A DNA stretch of 64,000 nucleotides, from the NCBI RefSeq assembly GCF_018977255.1, contig NW_024704793.1, positions 186,001 through 250,000 on the forward strand. The letters run 5' to 3'. Shown here in pieces: positions 23,421 to 37,959 of this stretch. A model generated the notes under the pieces. It worked only from the letters and a program-made list of their open reading frames with translations, was not told where the DNA came from and did no database searches. How positions within the stretch are numbered: position 1 is the stretch's first letter; every line of letters starts with the position of its first letter. Origin of the DNA: Callorhinchus milii (Eukaryota). The position numbers and the translations under genes were made by a program.

Positions 23421-26400
23421 TTATTTTCTGAACAGAATGCGTATTTGATAAAACGGGTATTTCACCATATTCTTCAGCTGTTTTCTGAATTTGGTTTGTG
23501 TCAAAGCATAAATACATGTGTTTGTAGAGCAGCTCAAAAGCCGAAGCATATTTCCAAACTGTAGTGCTATCGATGAGTTACCAGCATTATTAAAAGTCAC
23601 AAATAAAATTTCGAAATGAATATAACCTATCACATATGTCACCCATAAGCATATAAAACTCCCCGTTACTGTAAAGAGCAAAATGATGGATTTTCTACGA
23701 TTCTGCATCTCTGCATCTTTCTGATTTTCCCCGTTGCTGTGGCCTCGGAGCCTTCTCCGTGCAGCATTGGTCACTAAGATATATCTGATGGTCAGAACAT
23801 TGAGCAGCAAAATGAGAACAAATGGGATAAATGGCGTTAAAATGCATTGAAACAACGAAAAAGCGGTCCATAACCATGAAAAATAAAAAGTTCCTTTCAC
23901 AACACAAAACCAAGGTGTGTTTTTAATTATAAATAGCGGTTCAAGTTCGAGGTACCAGGGTATGTTGATCAAACAGCTGAACACACAGATCGCCACAATG
24001 ACCACAGTCGCTGTTTTCTCGGTGCAGTATTTGGTTTTCAGTTTCGGATGACAAATTGCTACAAATCGATCAAAGGTGAAAGCGATTGTGAGCCAAACAG
24101 AACAGGTGGTGGTTGCATGAAACAGCACCTCACGGATGCAACAGATAGGAGTCAGATTCAGGAAAATAAAACTCCACGAATAGATCTCTGCAAAGCGCTT
24201 CCATATCACATCAGTGATCACCACCAGCAGGTCTGCCACTGCCATGGCCACCAGGTATCGAGTGACACATGTGGAGAGACCGCACTTTCCTCGGGACAGG
24301 ATCACAATCGTCACCAAGTTAACTACAAGGAATAAATCATGAATAAACTCAGGTTTAGATTACGAAATTAAGGCCCTAGTTTCGATAATCAATGCTTCGA
24401 ATGGAGTTCAATAAGTTTACAAATAATTATCTTTCCAAATCATGCAGTACCTCATTGCGTTGCAGAGACGTTTTCAAGTGCTTCAGATAAGATGCTGTAA
24501 ATTTAACTGACTTTTGTGTGCTGTGGGTAAAAAGCGTCACAGTACTGTCGGGAATACAGTCGTGGATGGAATGAAATTTTACGGGATTATTCCATTCGGA
24601 AATTCAATACGACAATCAAATAACTACAGAGTTTCTACTTACTCTTTTGTGAACAGACATGTGTATCTAATATACATCGGTTTATAATACCGGTTTGCTA
24701 GAAATAATTTACAAAATAACATTAATAATGGATGATTTTGATTAGGTGATTTTGAGGTGCAACATTTAAAAACTTAGGTAACACATCTCCACCAGCTCGA
24801 GAATATTAAAAAACAGACAGTTCTCTTAATTTGTCGCTCGAGAGATAATTGAAGATGTTAGCTGGTAAAGCATGAGGCGTAAAATATAAAATATAAATAT
24901 AAGATAAGATAATTTCTTTGATATCTGTTGTTTTTACTGCTTTGAGCAATTTGTATGCAAGTTTTCCAACAACTCCACAACGTTCACTTCAAAAATAATA
25001 CTGTGATGCCGTTTTGAATGTCTCATTAATGTGGCAATGCGCAGTACGAGAAGCGTAAATTATAAAAAGCAGCGATTGATCACTGATAGTGATATCTACT
25101 TGGTATGTTATTTAAAATTTAGTCACTGTTTGTTCAGATTGCTAAATATCAACGATAGTTTCAAAAGTAGTTTGGATTGCCAAATAAAACTAGTTGATCG
25201 ATTCAATAATTCGTTGAAATACTTCCAACTTATCTTTTCAAAAGTAAAATTGAGTTTCGATTCCAACTTGTAATCTGCAGCCTGTGTACTCCCAACGCTA
25301 AATTCCACACCCCCATTCCACCTGTCCTGGTGAGGCTACACAGTTTCTCTACCAAAAGTGGATCGATTTCAAGATCCTCTCACTTGTCTTACAAGTACGT
25401 TCACCAACGGCGCCTCCCTACCTGAGGTGAGCAGAGAGGGAATGCAATCTATTGGGTGGTGAATTAAATCAAAGGACAAAGTGGGTTCAAGGAAAAAAAG
25501 AGGATCGAGTTTAACATCCCCGGACTAAACTTCAAATCCCACCATGGGGAAGCTTTTCAAACCTTACTATACCAACTGCACTGTCCTCACAGCGGACTCC
25601 AATCTGCAGCAGCTCCTATACTCCTCTCTGCCTAACAATTGGTCTTCGAGATCTAAGCTTATTTCCTTACTCTCTGGAACTTGGTGCCAGAGGCTCCAAG
25701 ATTGACCAGCTGCGGCCGTTTTCTTTCGACACACAGTTGTTGGGACCCTGAATAAACTCTCCTCCATTGCTGTTTGATGAGCAATGTTGATGGTTCCTCA
25801 CGACCTTCCTCTTTAATTTGCATTGAATTTAACAAAAGGCAGCCGTTGACAAATCAGTTGTATAGTTGTGCTTAGGAGAGAGGTGTAGATGGGATGAACG
25901 GTAACAGCACAAAGTTGAGATTGAGCAGATTCGTTTCCCAGGTGGCACGATACATTTGTCAAGTTTTCTTCCTCCACATGCCTATGTTTGCCGAGCAGTA
26001 AGTAGAAACTGCTGTGAGAGGATTGGTGATTAATTTTTCTGGTACTCATAATCGCTTCGAAACAAAAAAATGTTACTCGTCCCAAGTCTGTTTGTGTGAC
26101 ACTGCTGAGCAATTAGCTGCTGTGCTTCGCCGAAAAAATACGGAGTCAATTCAAATTAAAATATATTTTGTGAAGCGATGTGATTAATTGCCAATTGAAA
26201 TGCGAGGCTTATTTCTACCTGCCCTGTGTATCTTTCTGGAGGCTCTTGCCGTCATCCTCACTGTTCACTGCCATGAATTCATTCAGTTTGTTATTTATTG
26301 ATCAGATTCGGAATCATATAAATTATCCACGTATAATGGCTGACGCTCGTGTATAGGATCATTTCGTTTAAACTGAGATCCGAAATTTACTGACGAATTA

Positions 26401-26649
26401 ATCATATAAAATCAGTAACTAAAAGTTGTGATTTTACTCGTTGAATCGTATTACACTGAAGATAAGAATTTGTGGAAACATGAATGCAAGCATCGAGAAA
26501 TAGGGATGAATGGGCAAAGTTCAGAAAATCATAGATTAAACAGAAATAAGAAGTTATATTGACTTACCTGGAACGCCAATAGCTGCAACGATTGCGTAGT
26601 ATATCGGTCTTATCTGAACAAGTTAATTATTCAATTCAACCACATCCAT
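23421..26649 (-). pseudogene. GPR139/GPR142-like class A orphan GPCR copy 1; exon 1 (26649-26568) has an in-frame TAA, exon 2 (24322-23421) is open
   Basis: Exon 1 MDVVELNN*LVQIRPIYYAIVAAIGVP|gtaagt in phase 1; exon 2 VNLVTIVILSRGKCGLS...YLVAMAVADLL...FTFDRFVAICH...RRKSIILL...NTCIYALTQ; seven hydrophobic segments. Confidence 0.85.
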
Positions 26650-26739
26650 TTTTGTTGAGTACGATACGGAGTGTTTGTGGTTACCACAAACGCACAAACG
26701 CTCAGTCTTCAATTGTTGAATGTCGGTGTCAAAGAAGCA

Positions 26740-26763
26740 TTAATATAGCAGAGGAATTTCCCC
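26740..26763 (-). promoter_or_regulatory. Candidate NF-kB site (GGGAAATTCC) 5 nt upstream of TATATTAA, in the GPCR copy 1 promoter
   Basis: Minus strand reads ctGGGGAAATTCCtctgcTATATTAAtg, about 90 nt upstream of the ATG at 26649. Confidence 0.45.
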
Positions 26764-29700
26764 AGTTGATTGATTTGGTGGTGTGATCGCTGAAAATGAT
26801 TATTGTCGAATGAACAAATAATTGAAGACAGCTGCTGAGGAATATCAAGAGGGAATTGAACATGTTTTTACAAGTTGTAACATAGGCTGTATGAAAAATA
26901 AGATGTTGTCATTGACACGATGCACTTTACGCTCCATAGATATGTTTTTAAGCAGATTTTATTGATGAATCAGCCAGAAGAAAAACACTGCCAAAATCTC
27001 ATATGAATTTCTTCTGCTTTTCTTATTATGTTAGAACTTCTTCAAATGGCTACTATTTACAGTCGGTTGATATTTTCTGGAGTTTTGTAGACGAGTGGTT
27101 AGAGCTCTAGACGCACAAACGAAATGACCTGGGTTCGCCTCCTTGGTAGGGCAAAACATTGGGCAAATTTATGATCTCCAAATGAGTCTGTTCTGCAAGC
27201 AGTAAGTAGGAACCTGGATATTCGCTTGGCGTATGCCTTTTCTTGGAGAAAATAATCACGTCAACTTCTGTAAATAATAGAAAATTTATTTGTGCTGTCA
27301 ACCCTGCACTGCTTGTGGGACACTGATGTGGTCAATTGGCATCCAGTTTCGGTGACACAGTGTACAGTCGATTCATTTTGCAGTACGTCCTGTAAAGCAA
27401 ATTGAGATGACCTCCTGATTTGAAAGTCGGCATATCAAATTAGAAATTATTATCCTTTGCTGTTGTCTCGAAGACGTGATCAGGTGCTATAACAGCTGCT
27501 GGGATTATTATTATCATCGTCTGCCGATTTGGGAATAGTCAGAATAACAGATCCAGTTTCCAGCGTGAACGAGGCCAATCACTTTTCAGTTTCACAAGCC
27601 CCGTTTCACAGTATTTTGGTTCGGATCCTTTGTTCGGGGTCTGTTCTCAACACTACTGTTAAGCTTTTCCCATACATCAGTTCTATGATCTTCAACGTTG
27701 CAGGAAATATATTAGTTTTATATAATTATGAAACAATAATGAACAGTTATACATAATTCTGCATTTAATTCATATATCCGTATTTTTCCTGATCCCGTCT
27801 CGTTGCTTATTTTATAAACAATGACACCTGTTGAGTGTATTTTACGTTATCATAATGTCTGTTTTGTTGCAGACACCAGTTCTTTCTATTTGCACCTATG
27901 AGTCTCACGTAAATGAGAATGTTCTCGCTGTAAAAGAGCTAAACAACGTAAATTATGTAACACTATTTCAAACAGTCAAGAATAATAAAATCAGCGGACA
28001 AGTCCTGCGAATGAAGTAAAGTAAATTCAGAATGAAACTACTGAAAGAATATTTCAGTGAGCGAATAGTAAACATATGGAACAGGCTCTCTGGGGAAAAA
28101 GGTGAAGCATAAAATTTTGAACCCTTCAAACACAGATTAGATGGTTTTCTTTTAGGAAATGGATTGATGGGATACAGCACATTGGAAGTTCTTGTCATAT
28201 GTACATGCGACAATCAGGAAAGTGGAAGATGATCAAGATGGACCTCCGTCTTTTTTCTCTCTCTAGAATTTCTGAGGTTCTAATGTTATCATATTATTTT
28301 TAGATGTCACTATTGCAAGTTTGTTTTGCACTAGTTGTTCCTTATGCAAATATCAACGTTTACTCAAATTGTTTAGCGAATATTTCACTGTTTACCTGAA
28401 ACGCCCTACTAATAAGCATAAGTGGTGGGCAATATTGTGGTAAGGATCCTTTTTTCAGCGATCTGCCAGTCTACACACAGCAGTTAAACGTTTTTCACAC
28501 AAAAGGTCTATGATCTACAACCCATAAGGTCAAGTCATGATAACAGGAGCTATCACGTTCTCAGCGAAGTTAAACGATGAAGGCTATATGCGATATCGCA
28601 TTGGTCTGGGCTTTAGAATAACCAACATTCCGGTATAAAATATAGAGTTCAGTCAAGACCAAAGAGATGCAGATGAGATAACACCATCCACTTCCTGCTT
28701 CACTCCCAGTAATGGACACTGATCCACATTTGAATGATCTGGTACCCTGGTTCTAACCATTATCGAGGCTAAAATTATTGAACTTTGGTGAGATGATCGA
28801 CCCTGGAAAAATAACGAATTATCAAATGAATTAACATCCCAATTACGTGCAATATTTCATCAATCATCAAAATAAACTTTAACTACGTATGGAAATCAAA
28901 CAAAGCCAAACTGCTTATTTAAAAAAAATTCCATTCATCTGGAAGTGAAGTTTAAAAATACTGAGGTGAAACAACGGATCCGTGGATTGGGTTGCAAAGC
29001 GCCAGTCCCATGAAGAGTAGATCCTGGGTTTATCCTTGCTAAATACCCGAACAACATGAATGTTGCTTTTGCTCCCGTGATATCACAGTATCATGGAACA
29101 CTGCAAATTTATTTGTTACAAATAACACTGAAGGTTTAGTACATCTGAGAATATTTTCCACCACGTTGCGTTGTTGATATTTTTGTTCAAGAACAACGTC
29201 CCCAATGCATTCTGCACAAGTGGCAGCGGACAGTGGGCATTTCACTATTATCATATCTGACAAGCAACTGACCAAAAGTGAACATCTGGTGAGCAAAGAT
29301 TTAGATTAATCTTTGAGAAACATATCATCAGGTGCAGGAACAAACAGGAGAAGAATATAAGTTTCGACTGTTCTATCATTGACAGGAAAATTATGCTGAC
29401 AAATTCGTTTTATATACCAGCATTAAAGTTGAGAATGAGAATTGGCTCAGTATTAGATCTATGACTGCAGCAATCATGTGCTCATGACCCTCTTCGCTGT
29501 CGCTCTTATATCTAACACTGGAGGCTGCACTTTCAGCGGCTAGGCCCCAAAATTAATTCTTCCTCCATCACTAACCTAACTGTGATCATGGTCAGCATTG
29601 TCTTCACCATGGGTATGAACTCTCAACCGCTGCACGTCTTTAAAGCCAATCGTCTATAACTTGACCAAATATAAACAATATAACCATGAACTGAGAATCT

Positions 29701-29857
29701 ACGAAAACAGTTTCTTCAGCAAATGTTGCCTGACCCTGATTGTTCCATCTATTTTTCTTGAGAGCAAGTTCTGAATCTCGGCTTTTTTAATGACATGCAG
29801 GAAGAAACGAGATTTAGTATTTTTTTGCTGCATATGTTGTAGGTTAAAGGCTTTTCT

Positions 29858-31420
29858 GGAATCTCATAGAATCAAAGAATTATGCTCGACGAAGGAGGCT
29901 ATTCGGCCCACTGTGTCTGTGTCAGCTCTTTGAAAGGATATAACGAAACAATTCTCACAATCCCTCTCGCTCCATAGCGCTGCAAATTGTCCTCCCCATA
30001 AGTTATCTAATTATCCCTTCAAAGTGGTTATCGAATCGGTTTCCACCATTATTCCAAGCAATGCTTTCCGGATCCGAACAACTCGCTCTCTGAAACAATT
30101 TATCTTCAGCTCCCCTCTGCTTCTTTTAACCACTATTCTACATCGGTGACCTTGGATTACCGACACACACCACTCCACCCAACGACCCCCAAATATCTAC
30201 CCCCCACCCAGTGGTAACATTCTCTATTTGATCACCCTATCCAATCTCCTCATTGTACTGAAACATTATTTTAAGCCTCCTCTTATCTATCTCTGCTCCA
30301 AGAGAATATGCATAGTTTCTCAAGCCTCTCCTGATAACTCAATCGCTCATTCCTGGATTCATTCTGGAGAATCTCCTTTGCTTCCTATCCAATGCCTTGA
30401 CAATCTTCCTATCGTTGGTGCCCACAACTGAACACATTACTCTAGCTGAGGCCTGAGACCTGTATTTTATAAATATTCATCTTGCTTATTGAATGTTGTC
30501 TCTATTTATAAAGTATAGTATCCCGTATGCTTTTTACCAGCGTTATCAGCCTGTCCTGCTAACTTAAAAGATTTTCTTATATGAAACACCAGATATCTCT
30601 GTCCTTCACCCTCTTTCTGATTCCACGTTCCAGTTTATATAGTCGCTTTTCATTCTTGGTCACAAAATGCATCGTTTCGCATTTCTCCATATTAAACTTC
30701 ATCTGCCATGTGTCTGCCCATTTTGCCATTCTGTATGTGTCGTCTTATCGTCTAATGATAACCTCCTCATAGTCAACTACAACTCCTAGCTCAATATAAT
30801 CGTTGTGCTTGGAAATTGTATATCCAAGTCCAAATCATTTATATAAATTAAAAACAATAATGGTCCCAATGCTGACGCCTGGGGGATCCAATTGCACACT
30901 TCCCTCCACTCAGAAAAACAATCATCACGTCAAGTATCTTCTGTTGGTCTCCCAAGCAGATCTGAATCTATACTGTCACTGTCCCTCTAATAGCATAGAC
31001 CTCTAATTGGCCTACAAGTCTCTTATGCAGCACGTTGTAATGCGCCTTTTGAGAATCCATCTTCATCAACTGCATAAATTTCGTCCACAATGGCCGTTAC
31101 TTCATCAAAATATTCCATCAGGTTTGTTAGATATGATTTGCGCTCCACAGTTCGTGTTGGCAGTCATTTACTAACCCATATTTTTCGATGTGAAATTACA
31201 TTTTGTCCCGGATTATAGTTTCTAGAAATTTCACACGACTGACGTCAGATCTATAGTTGCCAGGTGTATGTTTTTGCCCCTTTTTCTACAGTGCAGGAAC
31301 AATTGCAACCCACCAGTCCTCTGGCACAAACTCAGTTTACAAAAGGGATTGACAAGTTGTCAGCAATGTCGCCAATATTTCCACTAATGCTTCTCTCAAT
31401 AAACAAGAATGCACCCCGTT
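29858..31420 (-). mobile_element. Decayed CR1 LINE fragment
   Basis: Reverse complement of WADTWQMKFNMEKCETMHF; catagaatcaaagaat tail. Confidence 0.8.
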
Positions 31421-31612
31421 GAATCACATTCTATTCTCGATAGATTCTGCCTGACCTGTTGAGTTTTTCGTGTTTTCTCAGTTATTGCTTTTAATTCTGG
31501 AGAGAATTGGGTTTAGCACGCCAAGGATCAGTAATTTTGGATCTAATTGTGTGTGTTTAGGTACTGTTGGATATTAACCAATTAATCAGAACTTGCTTGC
31601 AATAGAGAATAA

Positions 31613-32165
31613 TAAAACAAAAACAACAACAACAACAAGATTCCATTTATAACGCGCCTTTCACGTCAGGAGGACGTCCGAAGGCGCTGCACAGTAGGGT
31701 CATGACCCGAGCAGGGGTGAAATGGTCAGGGTGAGGGTAGGGAAGGGAGTGAGGGAGGAGGGGGAAGAATGTCGAACGCGGAGCTGAAGGCTCGGTCAAA
31801 GAGAAAGGTTTTGAGACCGGCCTTGAAGGAGGAGAGGGAGGAAGCAAAGCGTAGGCACTGGGGCATAGAGTTCCAGAGCCTAGGGTCTGAGAGGCTGAAG
31901 GCCCGACCACCGATGGAAGGGCGATTGGGGCGGGGGACGTGGAGCAGACCGGAGCCGGAGGAACGGAGAGTACGGGCAGGAAGGTAGGGGGATAGTAGGT
32001 CAGAGAGGTAGGAGGGAGCGAGGCCGTGGATGGCCTTATAGGTGAGGTTGAGGATCTTGAAATCAATCCTCTGGAGGATGGTGAGCCAGTGGAGGCGAGC
32101 GAGGGTGGTGTGATATGGCTGCGAAGCCTGGTGCGGGACAGTACACGAGCTGCAGAGTTCTGAAT
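31613..32165 (-). mobile_element. 5'-truncated L2 LINE 3' end
   Basis: LARLHWLTILQRIDFKILNLTYKAIHGLAPSYLSDLL...LKTFLFDRAF followed by the (AAC)n tail. Confidence 0.9.
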
Positions 32166-33429
32166 GATAATAATAGTCCTTGCATTTCGTTTGGCAACTT
32201 AACACAGCTTTCAGACGTTTTAATCCCCTTCACAAGCTGTACTTTACTGAATTGATTGTACATTTTGTAGGAGAAACACACATTTCCGATAACGATTTCC
32301 CTTCACTTCATACATGATGAAATAAATGGCTCTTTCAAATACAATACATAAAGATGTCAGGCTGCTCAGTGGCAACACTCTCGCCTCCGAGTCAGAAGTC
32401 AATAAGTTGACGCTCCAATTTGGGAAACTCCAGTGAAATGCTGGAATCCTGTCTCTCCCTCTGACTGTCGTGACTCTCTTTATCTCTGTCCCCAGATTTG
32501 TCTCTCTTTACTTATGTTTATGGCTACGCATCTGTGTGTATATTTGTCTATCTGTGTGCATGTTTCGCTGAGTCGCCCTGTGTTTCTCTCTCTACCTGTA
32601 TTATCTGAGTCTCTCACTGTGTGTATCTCTATGTCTGCATCGGCCGCTTGCTGTTGTCATTAGCAGCATGGAGTCATGTTCAAGAACAACAACTTAGACT
32701 AAATAGCGCCTTCCACGCAGGATGGCTTCTCGGACCACTTGAACTTGGCAATATCATTCTCGGGTCTCAGTGCCACACATCTGTACGAGACACAAACTCT
32801 CCATGGCAGCATCCATCCTGGACTCCAGGATCATTAATAATCCGGCTAATTGTCTGTCAGACATCAGGTTCTGTAGGAGAGCCAGCTTGCTACAACTGAA
32901 TGTTTGCAAGAAACAGCGACTCTCTTTGGCTCCCCTCAGCGCCTCCTGACCTCTGGCGCTGCCACTATCACTGTACACCTGACAGAGATAATAGTACATC
33001 TTGCTGTTCTGTTCCTTCTGAATCCACAAGGTTAAGATTTTAGTAAGAAGTGGCAAATGCTGTGACAGCAGAAATTCCACAGTATTCGTTGATTGTCATG
33101 AAATCAACTGAAAGAATACACCATTATGTCTGGCCATTGCCCATTCTCTCTCTCTGTAGATAAAGTTGTTGCGATTGTATTCCTGTCTACAGGTTGGTGC
33201 AGTTTCTCCAAATGCAGCTCTTGCTCTCTGGTGGAAATGTCAGTGTCTGATTATCAGTCGGATTTTTCCTGATTGCTTTACAAATTCGTTCCGTGAGTCG
33301 ACCCTGAATGTTGATTGTTTATGCCGCATCCAAAATTTCTGGCTGCTTAACCGTGACTATCACATTTGTCAATATCTGACCATTTGCCAAAATCTAAAAA
33401 TAAGACTTGCAAAACAACAGAGCAAAGCG

Positions 33430-35860
33430 CAATAATGGGGAATTATTTCTAAAATGCGTGGAGGACTACTTCATGATCAGTACGTTTCCAGCCCAACAAG
33501 GAAGGAAACAGTGCTAGATCTAGTTCTGGGGAATGAAGTAGGGCAAGTGGAGAAGGTATCATTTGGAGAGATGCTGTGTAGTAATGCTCATAGCATCATA
33601 AGATTGAGAGTGCATATGGAAAGACTAGGAACCATGTAAGTGAAGATATTGTACTCGAAAAGGGCAAATTTCAATGGTTCAAAAAGAGACCCAGCCATGG
33701 TGGACTGGAAAGAAGAATTGGCAGGGAAAACAACTAAAAAGCAGTGGGAAATTTTCAAGGATGTAATAGCTCGGGGATAGAATAAATAGATTCACACAAA
33801 ATGGAAAATTAGTTCTTCCGAACCTCCCTCGATGACAGAGGTATATTGTATCCAGAATGAAGCAGCAAAAGGAGGCGCATGACAAATGTCAATCCCAAGA
33901 TACAGAAGACAACCAAATACAATACAGGAAGTGCAGAAGAGGTTTGAGAAAGGAAATAAGAGGGGTTAGAAGATAATAAGAAAAACGTTTAGCGGTTAAC
34001 ATTGAAGGGAATTGTAAAATATATTGCAAACATATCAAGAAAAAAAGGCAAGTCAAAGGTCGTGTGGCGCCAATTAAGGACAAGGTGGAAATCTTATTGT
34101 GCAGGGCTGCCGTGCTGAATAAATACTTTGCATCTGCCTTCACAAAAGGAGTGGATGCACCAAATTTCGCAGTATCGGAGGAGAGGGTAGTGGAAATGGA
34201 TAAGATAAGTATAAGCAGAGAGGAATTATTGAAAAGGTTGACTGCGTTGTAGGTAGACAAGTCTACCTTTCCGGACGGGATGCAACCAAGATTTCTATGG
34301 GAGGAAAGCGTAAAATTAACGGAGGCGTTGACTGCAATTTTTCAATCTTCGTTGGACAAAGGAGTGGTGCCACCGGACTGCCGAGTGGCCAATATGCCTC
34401 TCCTGTATAAAAAAGGGACAGAAAGATAAACCTGGGAACTACAGGCCAGTGAGCCTGACATAAGTCGTTGTGAAATTCCTGGAGACTATAATCCGGGACA
34501 GAATAAATCTCACTGAGAAGTATATGGGTTAATTAGGGACAGCCAACATGGATTTGTTAAAGGCAAATCTTGATTTTCGATGAGGTAACGGATAGGGTGG
34601 TTAAAGGTAGTGCATTTGATGTAGTTTGTATGGTCATTCAAAAGGCATTTTACAAAGTGCCACATGAAAGAATTGTAAGAAAGTTAAAAGCCCATGGTAT
34701 ATAAGGAACAGTGGCTGCATGGATACAGAACTGACTGGTAGACAGAAAGCAGACGGTTTTGGTGAACGGCTGCCTTTCTGACTAGAGGGAAATGTACAGT
34801 GGGGTCCCCCAGTGATCGGTATTATGACTACTGCTCTTCTGAATGTACATAAATGATCTGGACTTGAATATAGCAAGTACCGTTTGCAAGTTTGCGGACG
34901 ACACAAATTTAGGTCGGGTAGCAAACAATGAGAAAGACAGCAGCCAACTGCAGGAAGTCATAAACAGAATGATAAAATGGGCAGACACGTGGCAGATGAA
35001 TTTCAATGTGGATAAATGCGAGGTAATGCATTTTGCAGACAGAATGAGGGGAGGCAATGTAGGCTAGGTAATACAATCTTAAGGGTGTAAAAGTACAGAG
35101 AGTTTTGTGGGTGCAGGCAAGTAAATCCTTGAAGGTGGCAGGACAGGTAGACAATGCTGTGTAAAGGGCAAATGAGATGGTAGGCTTCATAAATAGGGCA
35201 TAGATTACAAAAGTCAGCAGATTATTGTTAACCTGTATAAACAGTGGTTAGGCCTCAGTAAGAATACTGCGCCCAATTGTGGGCACCACACTATAGGAAT
35301 GATGCTTCGGCATTGGAAAGGGTGAAGAGAAGATTTACGAAGATCGTCCGCGAATGAGGGACCATGATTATGAGGAAAGGCTAGAGAGACTAGGATTTTT
35401 CTCATTATATCAGAGAAGGTTACGAGGACATCTAACAGAGGTCTTCAAAATAATCAGGGGATTTGTTTGGTTAGAAGGGGAAAAACTGTTTCCACTGGTG
35501 AGTGTGTCGGTGACTCGAGGTCATAGATTCAAAATGGTCTCTAAAAGAAGCTGAGGGGAGGTGAGATGAAATGTTTTCAAGCAGCGATTTGTTCGAATCT
35601 GGAACGCATTGCCTGAAAGAGTGGTCGAGGCCGATTCGATAACTACATTTTAAATGTGGTGGACGGGTATTTGAGGAGGACGGGTTTGCAGGGATATGTT
35701 GAAAATGATGGAGAGTGAGATTGACATTAATTGCTCTATTCGAAGAGCCGGCACATATACGATGGGCAGAATGGCCTACTTGTCTGCTGTACGAAGAGCC
35801 GGCACATATTCGATGGGCAGAAATGCCTCTTTTTCTGTTGTACGATTCTACGATTCTAAG
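33430..35860 (+). mobile_element. Decayed CR1-clade LINE (RT region and 3' UTR)
   Basis: LNKYFASAFT, YINDLD...CKFADDTNLG, KWADTWQMNFNVDKCEVMHF, QRRLRGHL; tail gattctacgattcta. Confidence 0.92.
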
Positions 35861-36850
35861 AAGTTAATCGCAACAATAAAAATGCATGGTATTGGAGGTA
35901 ACTTTGCGATGTGGCACCTAATTGGTTTCGGGGCACGAAACACATGTTTGCGAAAAAGGGGAACTATCTCTGAACAGGAGCACGGGATAATCGGTGTTCT
36001 TGAGGTTGCTGTCCGGAGGGCTTCACATTTCTCCACATATAAACAACTTGGATGAAGGAATAGACAAATAGATCGAAATCTGCAGATGATAGCAGGGACA
36101 GTATATTTTTTAGATTGAAGCAGGGAGATTCAAATAGAATTATATGGATTACGTGAGCGGACATGATTGTGGCAGATGGAGTTCAATGTGGGGAAATGCA
36201 AGGTCATCCACATTGGGTCCAAAAATAGCATATCATAATATGTACTGAATCGTGAGAAATTAAGAAACATGGAAGAGCAAATGGATTTGAGTGCCCACCA
36301 ACACAATTATCTAAACACAAGCTCGCTGGTACAAAACAATATGAAATTGACAAGTGGGATGTTGGCCTCTAACTGAATATCGCAGATGTGCCAGAAGGAT
36401 AACAGGGTGAAAATTGTTAAAATATGTGTAGAGAGTTGGCATAAACATTGTCTCTATTCCCGTGAATTTAACAGGTTGAGCAGTGAATTGTTTGAGGTTT
36501 TAAATTGATAAATATCATGGATAAAGTATATATAGCTACTCTATTTCCAATGGTTTGGAAATCCAGAACAAGGGAAAATAATCCTGAAATGAGAGCTAGG
36601 CCTTTAGTACAGGAATTAGGAGGTAATTTTTCCCGCAATGCGTAGTGGCTGCCTGGAACTCTCCCCCTCAAGGCTATGGATGCTGAGTCAATTCACACCT
36701 TCAAGGCTGAGGTGGATAGATATTCTTAAGGTAAGATTATTGAGGGATACTGGGCAGGGTGATTAATTGGAAAGGAGGTCGTAATCAGGTATCTTCGATA
36801 AGATGCAGAACAGGTTCGAGGGGAAGAATGGCATCCTCCTGTTTCTATGA
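35861..36850 (+). mobile_element. Second, older CR1 fragment
   Basis: tggcagatggagttcaatgtgggaaatgcaaggtcatccac RT motif and CR1-type 3' end (aatggcatcctcctgtttctatg). Confidence 0.75.
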
Positions 36851-37959
36851 TTCCCTCTATCTAGTCATTCATAGTTGTTGCCTTCTCGACCCTTCTTTCT
36901 TCAACTCCCGACTGAACTTTTAAAATATTTTATTTTCGAGTCTACCCAGCTCCACCGTGCATAGGATCCAACTCATGCAATGCCACGCTGCCTGCATAAT
37001 CACCCTGTACTATAACGCGTACCTCGATCACACCTGTTGTTAGATTATAGAAGCTGTAATCTAATAATATTGAACATTAAACAAATGTAGAACGGAGAAA
37101 GTAATGACAATCATGGGATAGGACACATCTGGTTTTCTCTGTTTTTGAAAGAATAACAGGACTGCTTTGGACATGGCAGGGGTCACCTCTTATCAGTAAA
37201 TGAAAACACGTCCACGGAGATATTGGTCCAGGGTACTGGTCGACACAGGATCTCGACTTAGCAATAAGTCGCTAGATTCTGACAGGGCCTGCCAAGCGAC
37301 AAAAGGTAAACCTCAAAATAGCAAATAATGAGCAAGTTGCTTATTCCAGAGGACCTTGGTACCATCCCGGGATACTGATAGGAAATATGCAGTCATTTAA
37401 AGGGAATGTTCGAATGATCCCACATCACAAAAAAAAATTGCAACAGATACAGCCCTAAATTGATCAATCGTCTATCTCACTCAATCAGATAACAGTGGTC
37501 TTAAGGACAATGTGTATGTGTGCTGAGGCACTACACCCCATGAGGTGTACACGTGAACTCAGCATGGTTTCGGCAGGTGATCTAATGTCCGCACCGACGA
37601 ACATCGGTTTAAGAGTTCCGTTAACTTTGCGAATGGGGCAGTCCCGGGTCGCGGAGACAAGGGTACGGGAGATGGAAGACTGAGAGCTAGAAACACTAAG
37701 ACTGGGGATATCAGATGGAAGATTGAAAGCTGTAAGCAAGAAGACTGAAAGCATGAAGAATCAAGCTTGTGCGCTGTAAAGACACAGTGTTGAACTCGAC
37801 ATATCTACGGTGATATTGTCCTGTTATAAGGCCTGTTGATTGTCCCGGCCTTTGGTTTGACCCATCGGGATATTAGGGAATAACGAAAGAATAATAATAA
37901 AATAGTCTGATATCTGGTTGCAAACGGATGATGGCTGATTTTATTTTCTAACACGGTTT

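Noticed and set aside
32930-32970. CTCF-like motif (caggaggcgctg on the minus strand)
   Set aside because: Partial match only; cannot be supported without a PWM scan or ChIP data
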